From: Amoebophrya sp. A120
Taxonomy: Eukaryota; Protista; Dinoflagellata
Assembly (NCBI GenBank): GCA_905178155.1
Contig: CAJINV010000006.1
Span: 2,892,658 to 2,956,657 of the forward strand
Direction of reading: 5' to 3'
DNA length: 64,000 bases
Below, in pieces: positions 63,701-64,000 of the stretch; the first letter of the stretch is position 1; each line of letters opens with the position of its first letter. The notes under the pieces were generated by a model. The model saw only the letters and a list, made by a program, of their open reading frames with translations, did not search any database and had not been told where the DNA came from. The position numbers and the translations under genes are program-made.

Positions 63701-64000
63701 TGAAACACTTTTTTCGTACGATAAGAACTGAAGGAAACCGAGAAAAAAAACGCGGACCTGAAAATTTTGGTCCAGACGAGCGGCGTAAGTGCCGTGGGGT
63801 GTGCCGCTGGTGCGAAAAACGATTCGTCCACGACAGCACAGCAAAGAAACACTTCTTCTGCGCAACATCATGACTCTCTGTCCATCTCCCACCACACTCA
63901 CGCGCAAAAACTCCAGCCGCTGGCGCATATCCAAGAAAAAAAGATTGTCCGGTATAAGTTTCTTGGAGGAACAGCATGACAAATCCGTTCTCTGGCATGA
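60726..64000 (+). CDS. 5' part of a coiled-coil protein of unknown function (runs off the window)
   Basis: MTIMPRNG...DLLAKLHQMNRKINDLGLCNSTIDIDKLTYLFEKH...LAQQKSKKLKEAELRIEKERREH...RLLEKKNAVYVKELKETEKKNADLKILVQ after removing elements at 61009, 61310, 61580, 61949 (with the adjacent 62118-63160 insert), 63323 and 63515; another element starts at 63928. Confidence 0.7.
62118..63160. mobile_element. Non-autonomous hAT-like TIR element (8-bp TSD)
   Basis: TSD CTTCATAC at 62110-62117 and 63161-63168; imperfect TIR TTA(C/G)AGCTTGG...TTAGAAA; many GCGAATTT subterminal repeats; internal perfect 54-bp IR at ~62556-62706. The superfamily is inferred from TSD length only. Confidence 0.8.

Noticed and set aside
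12831-63998. Recurrent ORF-track peptides (FQTQTFLHLI, CKNVWVWK, QKYRTRINA, KSPLPISK) as a repeat-protein family
   Set aside because: They are translations of introner TIRs in varying frames and strands with frequent stops.

Overview
Eukaryotic genomic DNA with one N gap (8517-9042). It holds five co-oriented (+ strand) protein genes, two of them cut by the window edges, interrupted by about 120 (hand count) 140-370 bp non-autonomous TIR elements. These fall into at least 12 sequence families that nearly all begin TAT, end ATA and are flanked by a 5-bp direct repeat. Deleting each element plus one repeat copy restores continuous reading frames, so they behave as introner-type non-canonical introns; most have no GT-AG. 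TAT-led inverted repeats and one-directional gene order match my recollection of the parasitic dinoflagellate Amoebophrya (A120-like); this is inference. Reconstructed genes: the 3' end of an EF-hand-like ion-channel-type protein, a GRAB/GRIP-domain golgin, a MORN-repeat protein, a single-domain 6TM cation channel with about 60 introns, and a 5' partial coiled-coil protein. Less expected observations: one internal nonamer shared by all families; stacked introners leaving 0-1 nt exons; conflicting evidence on where the splice sites lie; and kb-sized GC-rich insertions flanked by 58-80 bp duplications of their target. No transposase, rRNA, tRNA or CRISPR was seen. All gene models were spliced by hand and need RNA-seq.
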